Origin: Catajapyx aquilonaris
Taxonomy: Eukaryota
DNA length: 35,624 nt
Assembly (NCBI GenBank): GCA_000934665.2
Contig: KZ539044.1
Coordinates: 1 to 35,624 of the forward strand
Reading direction: 5' to 3'
Shown: positions 9,861 through 22,305 of the stretch, in pieces
Layout of the letters: each line of letters opens with the position of its first letter
Position numbering within the stretch: position 1 is the stretch's first letter
Notes under the pieces: generated by a model
Databases searched by the model: none
The model's input: only the letters and a program-made list of their open reading frames with translations
What the model was told of the DNA's origin: nothing
Program-made: the position numbers and the translations under genes

Positions 9861-10409
9861 CAACAGTAGTGATTTTTTATAATCATTTAAACTAATTTAA
9901 AATATATGTGACTTTTAATAACATATGGGGTTACTATATTACATTTATTATCTGATATTATGTTTGTATTAAATGTGTGTGTTGGAGACCATGAAATGGC
10001 GCCAAATTGAATTCACCCTAAGTTGTCACACGCAGTACTCACAGCAACAAGATTCCAGGAAATGCGAGCAAATTGCCCTTATTATAGGCAGGACACGGGG
10101 GCAGGACATAGGTATGAAGTGTAGTAAATCAATATCTACCAAGCTCAAGCCCCATCAGCACAGTCCTCTACAAGCAAAATTCAGTCGTTCAATCAGCGAC
10201 GTATTTAGGTTTTTGCAGCCTGTAGGCATAGCCTTAATATGCCGCCCCCCACTTCTGGCTGATTTTTAGGTCCGAGATTGGGGAAATTCCGAAATTTGAG
10301 GATTTCAAGGCCAAATATCTCGAAAATTGTTAAATAATTTGCAATTTTGGTCATTGATACTCCTACTAGTACTTAGCAAAATCCAGTGAATTTCATCTTG
10401 GGGTTATAC

Positions 10410-10590
10410 CAGTGACGTAGCCAGGATTCCAGTTCGGGGGCGGGGGCGCAATCGGGGGGGGGGGGGGNNNNNNNNNNNNNNNNNNNNNNNNNNNNNNNNN
10501 NNNNNNNNNNNNNNNNNNNNNNNNNNNNNNNNNNNNNNNNNNNNNNNNNNNNNNNNNNNNNNNNNNCCCCCCCCCCCGGCTACGTCACTG
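10410..10590. mobile_element. hAT-like element (inner, young) spanning an assembly gap; true length unknown
   Basis: Perfect 13-bp TIR CAGTGACGTAGCC; perfect 8-bp TSD GGTTATAC at 10402-10409 and 10591-10598. Confidence 0.88.
10468..10566. other. Assembly gap (run of N) between poly-G and poly-C tracts
   Basis: N characters in the sequence. Confidence 0.99.
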
Positions 10591-10605
10591 GGTTATACAC
10601 TTTTA

Positions 10606-10762
10606 TGCCGCTCCAAAGTGAATCGGCCGATGCCCAGACCAGTAAGGGCGAAAGTCTCGTGTAGATCCTGCACTAATCCCCACTGTCCTAGTGGGGAAGG
10701 GTGCACGCGACTTTCGCCCTTACTGCGGTCTCGGGCATCAGGCGATTCATCTAGGGGCGGCA
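10606..10762. repeat. GC-rich imperfect inverted repeat (~60-bp arms)
   Basis: GATGCCC-AGACC--AGTAAGGGCGAAAGTC pairs with GACTTTCGCCCTTACTGCGGTCTCGGGCATC. Confidence 0.85.
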
Positions 10763-11139
10763 CATGGACGCCATGTATTACATATTTTCGCACGCGTCAA
10801 AATTTTCTCCTCAATAAAATTTTCCGTCTCCATGACATTATTTTGCCGCCCCCTAAAATGTGTCGCCCTATATAGGCACGTGCCTACTCGGCCTATTTGG
10901 TAATACGTCACTGCGTCCAAGACAGTAGCCTACTTGCAATTTTTGCTGAATTTTTGTCTGCTTCAGGGACGTACCCCCAAATTGCATCTATTGACAAAAA
11001 GTACTAACTACTTGAGACTGAACTGTTTATAAGTTAGGCTGCCCAAACATGAAATTCTACATGATAATCCCAGTCTACAAAGTGGGCTTTTAAAACAAAA
11101 ACAACCACATCACTCTTCGATATCAGCAATGTGATTAGC

Positions 11140-12130
11140 ACATTTTAAATATTTGAACGAGAATTGCGTTCTATCGCCCCTCATATACCATGCGTGGGAA
11201 AATTCATTTTACATTGCTGTCGTGGTGGGAAAGAGGCACTTGAAGACAAGCCAATACTACCACCGCTCTACCTATATAGAAACCAAAGAGGCCCTTATAT
11301 CTTTTCAAGGGGAAAATATGCAGGTACCTATGCGATCCATATAAAGAATCGCTTTTGTCGTGAACAGCCACAAGTTTAGTGTTGGTGGTTCTTAATAATG
11401 TCTGCTGAAAAAGTGAAAGTTAGTTTTGTCCTGTATATTTAGGTATACTCGTAGTTGCAAAAATGTGGACTTGCATTTTTTCTATGTTGAATAGCTACAG
11501 GAGGCGCCAGGAATCGTAGATGATTTTTTGGCTTGCTTATTATGGCAATTGGTAGATGATGGCTGATTTTAAGGATTGGCAATTGTTCACTAACACTGGA
11601 ATTTATGAAATTAATATGCACACAATCAAGCTTCCTCGTTGTTTTACTACCACTTTAGTAACTGATTTGCAAAACCAGTTTTCAAATATCACTTTTACTG
11701 ACCTATATCCAAGTCTACCAATCGGCATTATCTAACCTTCCTAGATATATAACATAAAAATTAAATGACTCTCCTACCACCTTCTGTGACAATTTCAATT
11801 GGATAAATAGACAAAATGCGAATTTCAAATGCGGATTTTCGCAATATCCAGAATCGATAGCACATTCACTTTTTCATCTAACATTATTACAGGAACAACT
11901 TCTGCTAAAAATTGTGGCTGTTCGCGGCAAAAAATGATCCTCAAACATAATATAATTTTATCAGTGTCTACTTGCATATTGGCATTGGGCAGGACTTTAT
12001 AGCTCACAAGGCATACTGTACAATATTGAGTCACCTGAACTATACCTGTTCCCCCTGACGAACTGTGGTGTTTTGATATAGTCTCTCTGTCGAAGAGCAT
12101 ACGTAAGCTCGTTTTAAAAGTCTTGTTACA
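11140..12130. mobile_element. Old DNA-transposon relic with long degenerate inverted arms (boundaries approximate)
   Basis: TTTTGTCGTGAACAGCCACAA (~11353) is inverted at ~11911-11931; both arms translate to FCREQPQ in opposite-strand ORFs. Confidence 0.4.
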
Positions 12131-14545
12131 CGAAGCCTACTGCATAGTAACTAGTTTGTGATGTTGAGTATTTGGTTAGTAATGCAGCTATATGGCATTG
12201 CCAGCCTAACAGCACCTGGTAACATAGCATTCCTGTACCAAGTATCGACCTTCGTGGGTGTCAAGGCATGAGTGGCCATGATCGACTATAGGTTTTGCGA
12301 AAGTCACTGTTACTAATATGTATAAAATTGGCTCGAAATATTGGTAACTTGGGAGCTCGTTGCTCTGAAGTAGCCAATTGCGGCCGAGTTTATACCGGTT
12401 TCAGCGAATCAGTGTATTCATCGGAACTCTTCCGTAATCGGTCATGTTACCTCATATGGCTGTCATGCTATACAAACACGCAATTCGGTAGTATACTGTC
12501 GTCTACATAAATAAAGCCACCTCAAGCATAAACCTGTTATGTCATGATTATACGTCAGCTAAAATTGTTCTGTGTAGTTGTGACACCTGGTAAGTGCTGC
12601 AAATCTAAAATGTTCAACAATCCGCAATAGTGTTACGAAAATATTTCATTGTTAAAAATAATGTCCATACACACATACTAACATGCCCATAAACTGACAG
12701 AAGACTATCTAAATCTACAAAAAGGTGCTATCATTCTTCCCGAAATGTGCAAAAGTCATATTATTTCAGGAAGAGATTGTTTTCTGACATTTTACGGTTG
12801 TCATCGATAAAACTAATCTATAGTGTGAGGTATATAAATAACTTCCTTTCTGAACATTTTATGAGAATTGATGCAATAATTGCTGCAGTCATTGCGTCAG
12901 TTTCTCATTTATTGACTTAGGCCCAATGGGCCACATCACCAACGTTTCATTTACGGACTCAAATGCAGCTAGCAAAATAATCCTGTGTGAAAAATCTGCT
13001 CTTAAACCATTTAAAAATCTACTAGAAATGAGAATATTTTCTTCCCGGACCATTTTGACAAATTCTGATGAATCTGTATATAAAATATGTATACTTACAT
13101 TCAGCAGAATTTGACTTGGCGTCCAATTGAAACCGTGCGCCACGTCACTCTACACTGAGGTCGTACCGAAGTCTGGATAATGGGACATGAAATAATAATG
13201 ACGAATCTCAGCAATCAGTCGGTGACATCCTTCACCAAATTGTCCCTTTCTTATTGGATGAGAACTAATAGCTTCACAGCTCAAGACAAAGCAAGCATAC
13301 CGGTATATGTGCGCACTTTTGTCATGGGGTCTTTGTTGCCATGTATTTCCAATCGATTTTCCAACCAGCTGATTTATTAATGCACATGTGATCGAGTCGT
13401 TATGTGGCGCTAGTACACGTAAGGGCAGATCTAGACTGATTTGCCAAGACTACGCAGTTTAGACCCATTATTACACCAACACCCTGACCAATACACAGTA
13501 GGAAAGTTTAGCAATAAAAAAAAGTTGTTCCTGTACTTCTGATGCAATTCATATTCAAATTTCATTATTGGCAAACGTGCTATACATTTGTAGTAAACTT
13601 ACGGTTACAGTATAGAAGCCGATGTTACACGATAGTGTTCAAACTACATGTAGTGTCGATGAACAGCTCTCAGAACACTCCACAATCCATTTATCACCAG
13701 CTTACTACGTATTGCATGTTGTAAGCCTGCCTTTTTCTGGTCTATAAACTACGCACGCTCAGTAGCTCTTGAAGCATGTTGTGCTCACTCTGGTATCATA
13801 CATATAGCCTATAATACCAAACAACAAAATATAAAGACACATAAAGAACCTCTTCATATTATAGATAGTCAATATTCTGGTGGCTTCATACTTAAGAAAA
13901 CTGACATGATTTATTTCCCAGAAGGCACCAAAAGACTCCTAAGAACACCTTTTGTGTACTACCTAGCCTACCCATAACCATTGTTCTCAACTTGCTGGGC
14001 ATCCTTTTGAAACTGAATTTGGCGCACAATATAGAGCAAGGACCTTCCTCCTGTGGTATTGATTACCTTTTGGTAAGGGAAGTTAGCACATATATGGTTT
14101 CCCTGTGAACAGTTTCTATGGGGAATTTGCACCGCAGTCCCTTTTGTCACTCTCGACCTTTGAAATCTAGTTAATATGATTTCCATCTGGGAGCAGGGTT
14201 TTAAATCCAGTGCTTTGACCTCTTACATGCGCAGTGGAGTTTCTGGCTCCAGACAACGAATGTGTCATCGCTACCGAATTGATCGACGAGGTAAAGCTGC
14301 GCGACCTATCCAATCTGTAGCTTCCTCCATTGCAGCCTAATCTCCACGTTTTCTGCTGCCTGAAACATGGGTCTGTTTGCTACATGCGTAAGTACAGTAA
14401 TGCAGTACAGTGCATCGCATCAAGTCTTCTACACCTACTACTAGTGGAGGGAAATAGTACCTGTTAATAGTCTGCATGCATATAGCAAAATATAATTGTA
14501 AAGCAGTACATGCGACTTGTTGATGGCATTAGGTATTAGACAATA

Positions 14546-15263
14546 AAAGTTTGTCCCTAAACACTCATCGCCTACAGTAACCATCACATTCACCGTTCAA
14601 ACAAGTAGACGACATATGACAGAAAAGGTAGGATCCATGTAAATGGAGGCGAGATACACGCTGGTCATAGAGACATGGGCTTTGACCGCCCGGTGACTAA
14701 CCACCAACGTGCATGTAGTACTACTTTTCCTATAAGCACGGCAGTAGTGTGCAGAGGGATAGTCTATGAGCCAACTGGTAGGGGCCTATGTACTACTTTC
14801 AAGTGGGGGGTGGCCAAGCAGTGTTGCCAAAATTTGGCAACGGGTCCAACTAATAATTTCTTCATATTTTTCTTTCCTTTGAAATACGATAATGGTTCAG
14901 GCTCCATGTAAATTGCTTCATCGTGGTAATCCTGATCCAACAATTTTTTTTTCTTCCAAATTTACAGACAACTACAGGTTTTACTAAGCATTTTTTAATA
15001 TGTTGGGAGCGGTCGGGCTTCATCCTGATCTACCGTCCAGCCAAGCAGACAGGCCCTCTCAATATGCAGTGGAAGCCACACGTCATGCTGATTCAATCAG
15101 ATACAATTAGGTTTTTTTTTTGCAGTTTTGTAGTATAGACAGTTCATTGTTGCCCAACCATTAATAACGAGGGTTAAATTTCATGAGAACTGTTCTATCC
15201 CATATCATGTTTGAATCTATGGTTACTGTACCTATAGGCGATGAGTGTTTCCGGACAAACTTT
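14546..15263. mobile_element. Non-autonomous DNA-transposon relic with inverted ends
   Basis: AAAGTTTGTCCCTAAACACTCATCGCCTA and TAGGCGATGAGTGTTTCCGGACAAACTTT; TSD not recognisable. Confidence 0.6.
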
Positions 15264-16163
15264 GAAGGGAGATTTAGCATGTTAGAAGAATGATATGCAG
15301 CCAAATATGATGACAGCTATTGCAAAAAAAAAAACCTTCCAACTACTGATGGTGCATAACGTACCGTAACCTTGGCATTTGCGTATGCTGTATTTTAATT
15401 GCTGCCAATCCGATATTTAGCGTGAAATTGGCTATAAAGATGTCATGCAAGGTAAATAATTAAGCTGTCGAGTGCACTGTGGAGTAAAATTTATGAAAGG
15501 CCAAATGGTGCAAGCAAGAGGTATTGAAAAACCAGTTTTATTAGCAGACCTCATCTAATTACAGATAAATTGCATAATAAATTCCTCAAGCTCGCTTAAA
15601 TTGAGATGCCATTTAGAGTCATATTTGGTTTCTTTGTCAAAACTGGTTGGAAGAGAGTGACAAAGAAACGAAATCAAAATAATAATTCCAATCTTCGTCA
15701 TTCTTTGTTTTCTCCAGCACATCGACTATAGATTTCGCACTTCACCACTATTGAAACCCTGCGTGATGCACTTTCTGTGGTACCTCCATCAGCATGACAT
15801 GAATGTACGGTCATGCATGTATAAGTCACATGTGAATGAATTGGCAAGATTGTTCCTGAGAATGTCATTATGCTATCAGGCACGTCCATTAGAAGCACTT
15901 CAGATTTACTCCTGAAGGTCAAGTGATGAACAGGCTACTCTATTATTTTGACATAACCTACTTTACTGCATCATTATTCATAAGTCATAAACTAGGGAAA
16001 CCTAGGGTTATTTCAGCTAAGTGGACATAATATGTAAATTCATCCATATTTTCCTCTTTTGACATATTCAATAATTTGTTGTTTTAAAAATTCTTACGGT
16101 ACCAGTATACGTCTGTCCTTTCACAGAGCTGAGTGAAGACCATTGTGCAGCATCGTATTTACA

Positions 16164-17039
16164 ATGATCCCAGTGAAATGGCCTGGACTAAAGGCTGGCA
16201 TGCTCCCAGCCGTGGGCCCACAACCCGTCATAGTGAAGGACAAGGAGAAAATCCCACGAGATGAATCCTTGTCCCCAAAGAAGAAAGCACCATACCCAGA
16301 AGACCGAGGAAGGTCCACTGTGAAGAAGAAGTTAGCTGACCATAACCGTGAAGGCAGCAGGAGCTTCTCCGATCCTTCCGGACGAAGATGGCCACCCTCT
16401 TCATCATCTCCAACATGTACCTCGCCTTCATCAGAATCCACAGACGAGCCAGACAGAACCCAATTCGAACGCAGCAACACGGTACAAGATCTAGTACGTA
16501 CCTTTGAGGACCTAACTGGTAAGAAGGCTAGCAGCACCAGTAGTAGCAGAAGTAGCAGTAGCAGCGGTCTCAATAAGCGAGGATCGTCCAATAACTGGCG
16601 ACGTCCCTGCAACCAGTATGGTGAAGGCATTCCGCTCTATGAGGCCATGCTGTCCGAGTTAAGACAAGCTGTAAGTCAACCTGAACAGGAAGCCACTGAG
16701 GTCACCCCACCTTCGGTCACCATCCAGCCTCCTGATGAGGCACATATGGATCAACGTGGGATACTTTCCTACCAGCAAAGCCCGTGCTATCCGGTGCTAA
16801 TGAATGAACTGGAAGGCATACTGGAGGAGTGGGACCATGGTACCACCGAAGAAGAAACAGAGCCACCTATTAAGTTGCCCAGGTTAAACAGGGTCATTCT
16901 GACCGGTACTGCTTTGTTGGTTCCACGACCTTTCTTAGGCCCATATACTCAAATGCAACTTGGCAGACGTTTTAGTACGGGAAGTCTGAAACAATCTAGG
17001 CGTACATGGCGTCCGTATGACAAACAGACAGCATGTTGA
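16164..17039 (+). CDS. Uncharacterised 291-aa Ser/Pro/Glu-rich, probably disordered protein in a single coding exon
   Basis: Longest ORF in the window, visibly more GC-rich than its flanks; strong acceptor gtctgtcctttcacag at 16126; in-frame stop before the ATG (ACAATG); downstream AATAAA signals; no transposon domain recognised. Confidence 0.7.
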   Translation: MIPVKWPGLKAGMLPAVGPQPVIVKDKEKIPRDESLSPKKKAPYPEDRGRSTVKKKLADHNREGSRSFSDPSGRRWPPSSSSPTCTSPSSESTDEPDRTQFERSNTVQDLVRTFEDLTGKKASSTSSSRSSSSSGLNKRGSSNNWRRPCNQYGEGIPLYEAMLSELRQAVSQPEQEATEVTPPSVTIQPPDEAHMDQRGILSYQQSPCYPVLMNELEGILEEWDHGTTEEETEPPIKLPRLNRVILTGTALLVPRPFLGPYTQMQLGRRFSTGSLKQSRRTWRPYDKQTAC

Positions 17040-17905
17040 TGTACTGACACTTTAGCGTACAGTACATCAGGTGCCTTAAGCAACAGTCGGAATCTTTTTA
17101 GGCAGACTGTATACCCGACGTCCGGTAGCATGCATTTAATCACCACTATTCTTAGTGTGTCACGGTACTTCAAAGTACTGGAAGGTATACCATATTAGAT
17201 GTTGAGTGAATAGAAGCAGGAATAATGTATTTTTAGGATATGACTCAAAACATTCATACAGGACTGATTCGTTTTGCATTCTGGAGAAAATTTTCGCGGG
17301 AACTATCTAGGTGAGCGGATTTCTCATACACTTTTTTTCTTTTTCTAAAAGGATCGCAGAAAAATCGCAGCTTTGTCCAACCAATAAATTGATTGCGTAA
17401 TCCCTCCGGAACTGCTGCACAGTTCATTTCATTCAATTTCAACAGACATGTGTATGCCAAGGTTGTGAAATCGTATGGTACCATACCTTAGAGTGTGTGG
17501 GGGTATCCTATGCTGTCATATTCCCAGAGTGTTGATAGATAAATTATAAGGTAACAAACTTTTTTGACTATGATTTACTGATTGAAGTTATTTGCATATA
17601 TTAGAGGCTAACACCACAGGTAAATCATATTACTTAATGTAACAATACTGAGAAATAAAACAAACCTGAAGCTATCGTAGTCAACATTTAAACAGTAGCT
17701 TGGTGGTGTAGTTTTACTAGTTTCATTTATTATGGTACGACACTAATAAGAACCTATTTCATATCTTAGCCTGAATTTTTAAGGCATTCGCATTTCTGGC
17801 ATTAGCTTAGTTTTGCTTTGTAAAAGGGTCCTACAATAATAAACATTATGAGTGTTTGATCGTATACTCTGATGCAAAAGGAGAAATATCCATTGCTAAT
17901 GCTAA

Positions 17906-17919
17906 AATAAACCTTTATT
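17906..17919. terminator. Back-to-back polyadenylation signals (AATAAA on +, AATAAA on -) between convergent genes
   Basis: AATAAAccTTTATT; the minus signal lies ~650 nt after the CDO1 stop. Confidence 0.45.
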
Positions 17920-18567
17920 ACATGCAACACAACACCATATAAACACAGTAAAATTGCAACAAGATTTACAATAGTGTACATAATTTCTACAATTATTAAT
18001 CATGACATGTTAAAATATATTATTATAATATATCAGTACAATAAGGCTTTCTTTGATATCCAAGAAGTCAGACACTATATATAACGAACAGTACTCACAA
18101 TCATTCCAAAATGTCACTGAATATTTGGCAATATTTTAACAATCGTTTTATGGGAACATTGGCGACAGTACTATAGCCTACCAAGAGCTAATGAGCCTAC
18201 TGATAGCTGAAGCTCTAGATATTTGCCCTACTGCACATTTCATTTCATCAGGCTCTTGTATGCCAAATATTTTGTCTAATAATAAGGTTGGCTATTCATT
18301 TCAGAAATAAATAGACCAGCACCAATGTTACTGCCAGGATCCTTCACATTATGATGACAAAAATATAAGTTACTTGTCGTTACATTTTACAAACAAGTCA
18401 CACATTTGAAAACATGGGATATGCTACACTGATATTCTTCATGGAGAAAACTGTTCCTTCGACATTGAGCACTCGTTCATTACAAGTATGCACTGAAAGC
18501 TACGTCGGAAGTACTTGCACAAGTTTTGCATATGCAAAATGTTTTGGCAGCGTCGTAGCAGGTTCCT

Positions 18568-18597
18568 TCAGTTGTCTTCAGGGACGACAGGGGCACC
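18568..18597 (-). CDS. CDO1: Cysteine dioxygenase type 1, coding exon 5 (GAPVVPEDN*)
   Basis: Strong acceptor ggttttgtttcag, phase 0; EDN* resembles the CDO1 C-terminus ENN*; gives a 201-aa protein. Confidence 0.8.
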   Translation of the reverse strand, partial: GAPVVPEDN

Positions 18598-19267
18598 CTG
18601 AAACAAAACCAAACAGTTATTTTTCTAGTACCATGCATATAACTGCATCAAAATATCAGTAATACCAAGATACCATATCATTGCAAATCACACCTTTGTA
18701 GGTAATATTGCTGGCCTTTGATTTTGCTTAATTATTTAACTTTGAACAAAAAAATTCCTTGCCAGAGAGGAATCTAGCACATTCTGGAATATGCCTATCT
18801 GAGCCAAACGTAACAGGTATTCTTAACATGAATCATAATATTAGGATAGTGATTTCCGCTCAATCAACAATTCCATCGAGGAAGACAACGACAGTGAGGC
18901 CCAAAAAGAGGGTATACCGGTACTGGTGTGTGAAGGATATGTGAATCCCGTAGTTCAGAAATGGGCAATTCTTTAATTAATAGTTCTTCAGTTATAAATG
19001 TATGGTCAAGGGTAAAACTTAATTTCTGGATTATTTTTGCGGCCCACATTTACATTGTGGTGGATATGTCTTGGTTTTCACTGGTGAGCTTTTTATTCTC
19101 AGGTGCTCCGCATTTATACAGTATATATTGTCTCAAATTTATTAACACGTCCAAATTTTTATTTTGATTACCTGATAAGCTATTATGCCAAATTCAACAT
19201 CTTCAAATTTTATAATAATATTACGTCAAATAACTGCTACTGATCGGCGTAAACTAGCACAACTCAC

Positions 19268-19437
19268 ATTTTTAATCCTTTCTCCATATTTGCTCCAGAA
19301 GGTGACCCCGCATTTGGTTTTATGGCCCGTCCTTTGGTCAAACATGTGGCAAGAATCGAAAGGAGGGCAATAGAGATGAAGGCTGACAGCCCTCTCTGTA
19401 TGGCTAGGATTTTCTACCCGATGAAGTCCCATGGAAT
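19268..19437 (-). CDS. CDO1: Cysteine dioxygenase type 1, coding exon 4 (DSMGLHRVENPSHTERAVSLHLYCPPFDSC...SKYGERIKN)
   Basis: ctttcag acceptor, AAT|GTGAGT donor, 170 bp; has the third Fe-binding His, the Ser-His-Tyr triad and the cross-link Tyr. Confidence 0.96.
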
Positions 19438-19512
19438 CTGAAAGCAGTTTTTTTGTACCATTTTACAGTTATTCATTGGCTGAATTTTATCATGGTTTGA
19501 TGTCGACAATAC

Positions 19513-19633
19513 CATTGATGTAGCACACAGAATTGGTTTTCAAGGCACCACGTCCTATTTCTCCAAGCCCTTTTTCCTCCTGTTCGTCTTCTGGCCAAGC
19601 AAATCGCACCTCGCTCAATGTTCCTTGAAGTAT
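19513..19633 (-). CDS. CDO1: Cysteine dioxygenase type 1, coding exon 3 (ILQGTLSEVRFAWP...NSVCYIN)
   Basis: ttttacag acceptor, G|GTATTG donor, 121 bp, phase 0 to 1; resembles 'MLQGNLKETLFAWP...CAYIN'. Confidence 0.95.
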
Positions 19634-21259
19634 CTGTAAAAAAATAAAATAAAAAGGACAAACGGTAATGTCCATGAGAAAATCAAGTTGAAAGGCAGTT
19701 GGATGGACGAAACAACGCCATTAAAATTCCAGGCAATCAAAGAAAAAGTGTGTCCATTGTGTTTAAAGCTTTTGTTGTCCTCGTGTTAAAGAAACTTTCA
19801 CTTAATCACAAAGACCTTGTTGGCCTTATCTGTTGCTCGAGGCGTTGTTGGTAAATACAGCATGTCAATTTCTAATGGTCAATAGAAGCGTTTTACCATA
19901 CCTGATTACCGGCGACAGTGTTTAAATTGAATTTCATACATTCAGTCGTCCACCATGTTCAGGGCATCCTGATATTCATGTGAAAGCACCTGGGCCACAT
20001 GGTCGTGGACAATTAATAATCACAATCCGGACTTCAATCGGTTTGATTGGAGCTCCCAGTTCCATAAAAAGATGGACGTAACTTATCGTCTAATAATAAC
20101 TAGAGGTCGAGCGATATGCGAGCGCTCTTTGAAACTGAATATTTAAACACTTATCTAATAGCTTCCTGCTCTTCAGTACACAGTACTTTAGAGAGCATTA
20201 ACGGTCCTGCAGCTCCGTACTATACGCTATACTGTATACATAGCACCAGTTCCAGTTGAATTGGCCGCTTTAGTGTGCGACTTTCGGAACTAATTTTTGT
20301 TTTATTAATCAGTTATAATCAAAGGAGTAACAATTAGGTTACAATAAAGAGTGTTAATATTTCTGGCGAATTAGACAGCTCGTAAAAAGCTCCGATCGAC
20401 ATGTTTATTGTTTGTGTGAAGTACAGTAGTATTAGCTAACGATACAGTATATGCCGTCATAATTATGGATAAATTATGCAGATTACTCATGGGAGATATA
20501 TATTTTTTTTTACATTTGCATGGCTAACTGATGCTTAATTTTGAGATGCGGTAATAGTCTTCTTGGTAATAGCATCTTTTAAGTGGCATATTGAAAAATA
20601 AGTACCAGAGATTTTTTTTACATAACCGAATCTATGCACGCCTGCATATATGCTGCATTACCCTGAATGCAAGGTATTTCACAGTATCTAACCTCAGAGC
20701 ACTACATATTAGAAGGGCTCGGCGCATTTTAAAATGTTTCATCTGATTATAAGTGAAATGGAAATTTGGCAACATTTATTTAGGATTACGTGAATGACAC
20801 ATGACTTTCATCTTCAGGCTGACTAATTGCACTGGTCGTCTGAAAACTGCACAATAGCATAAGGAAATATGTTGTAAGGAGTCCTTCAAGATAAAGGGTG
20901 ATGTGAGACATATACGAAAAAGGTTATCATCATTCTAGAAATAACCGGAATTTAGAAGATTGAAAGGCCTGGAAAGGTTATGGGTCGTGATTTATGTATC
21001 TTGGAATGAGGACATTCTCTTTCTCCCAACAAAAAGATAAGTAGCGATATAGACTACTAACTACACACTGTAATCTTCCAGTGCTTAAAAACGGCAAACA
21101 TATTATAATGTCAGAGACCCATTAATGATTTTTGCGTATTTTCTAAACATTCGTACTGTGCAATGTTTATGCTCACATAATAGTCATTTTTAAATAAATA
21201 ATTTTGTTCCACTTTTCAGAACTATTGCTAAATCTCGTGGGAATTTAGCGTTCCTATTA

Positions 21260-21360
21260 CGAGGTGTGATCAAAAAGTTCCCGGACTGTCGATATACCGT
21301 GCAAACCAGTGGAGCTACGAACTTGTGACGTTAGGGGGCGCTAGGTGCACATTTCATCTA
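21260..21360. mobile_element. mariner-like terminal fragment
   Basis: TA followed by CGAGGTGTGATCAAAAAGTTCCCGGACT, a typical mariner TIR; partner end not found. Confidence 0.5.
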
Positions 21361-22187
21361 TTAGTCTGAAAAGTATTGAAACAACATGCCAGATATCTCA
21401 GGCTATATTAAATGCCAAAATGGATATCAACTACTGTATATTCCGCCATCTTCCATGTGTAGTAAGATTAAATTCTGTTACTAAGACCTCTACTACACCC
21501 AACTTTAGTAGTCAAATTGAGTAGGCCAATTAATACTGTACATTAGTGAATATTGTAGAATCTGATTTTTTTTTCCAAGGATGGTAATGTGGTGGACCAC
21601 GTGCTATGCACACGCTGTTATGTACCATTTTTAGGTGGTCTGCAATTCTCAGTACTGTATACGTATGGAGGTGCGTTTTGAGATACCATATTTATACCTG
21701 ACACATTTAAAGGATCTTGGAGTTTATCATTATTAAAAGTCTTCACCCCAAGATATGTTATGCCTAATCTACTAAAGCCACATGGAGAAATTAATTAACT
21801 TCGACTCACTGAGGCCATTCAAGAGTTGGGCAATTCATATCCAACAAAAAAACTAAGGGAATGGAACGATGTAACTTTGAGTCCTTTGAAACTCGATGGA
21901 AGAGGCAAGTGCAGCAAATGTCATCAGAAAATGACCTTTGAACTAAGTGACCTGACAAAATTGCACAGCAAACAAGACATTCTTGTCACGAAAGCAAATC
22001 TGTATGCAACCAACTCCCTCGCACTCCCTATACACTTTTTATTCCTTGAACTCGAATATCAACATTTCCTGACCCCCATCCTTTTTTTCATAGCTCTAAA
22101 TACTTTGTTGCTGTACACCACAATTATCTCATCCTTGTTTCTAATCATGGCACACATTAGTGTCGTCTCTGTTTATTTCCAACTCAC

Positions 22188-22305
22188 CTTCATGAAGCAA
22201 TGTGCATCTGCATGGTCGTGGATACTGGAGCCGTGACCTTCGCCCCAGCACAAGATCATCAAGTTGAACTTTCCATTGCCCTCGTCTACCAGATTCCGCG
22301 TATAC
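22188..22305 (-). CDS. CDO1: Cysteine dioxygenase type 1, coding exon 2 ([39 protein letters not shown])
   Basis: cttttgtag acceptor, AAG|GTGAGT donor, 118 bp, phase 2 to 0; HDH iron ligands, cross-link Cys and substrate-binding Arg; not in the ORF track. Confidence 0.97.

Larger units (their letters stand above)
10194..10913. mobile_element. Non-autonomous hAT-like element (outer, older)
   Basis: TIRs CAGCGACGTATT and AATACGTCACTG; degenerate 8-bp TSD CGTTCAAT and CGTCCAAG. Confidence 0.7.

Noticed and set aside
12889..14186. Several short ORFs and splice-like signals on the minus strand
   Set aside because: Could not be joined into an open frame and no protein similarity was recognised
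16121..16630. 169-aa minus-strand ORF with a poly-Leu stretch resembling a signal peptide
   Set aside because: Antisense shadow of the Ser-rich (AGC/AGT) tract of the plus-strand ORF
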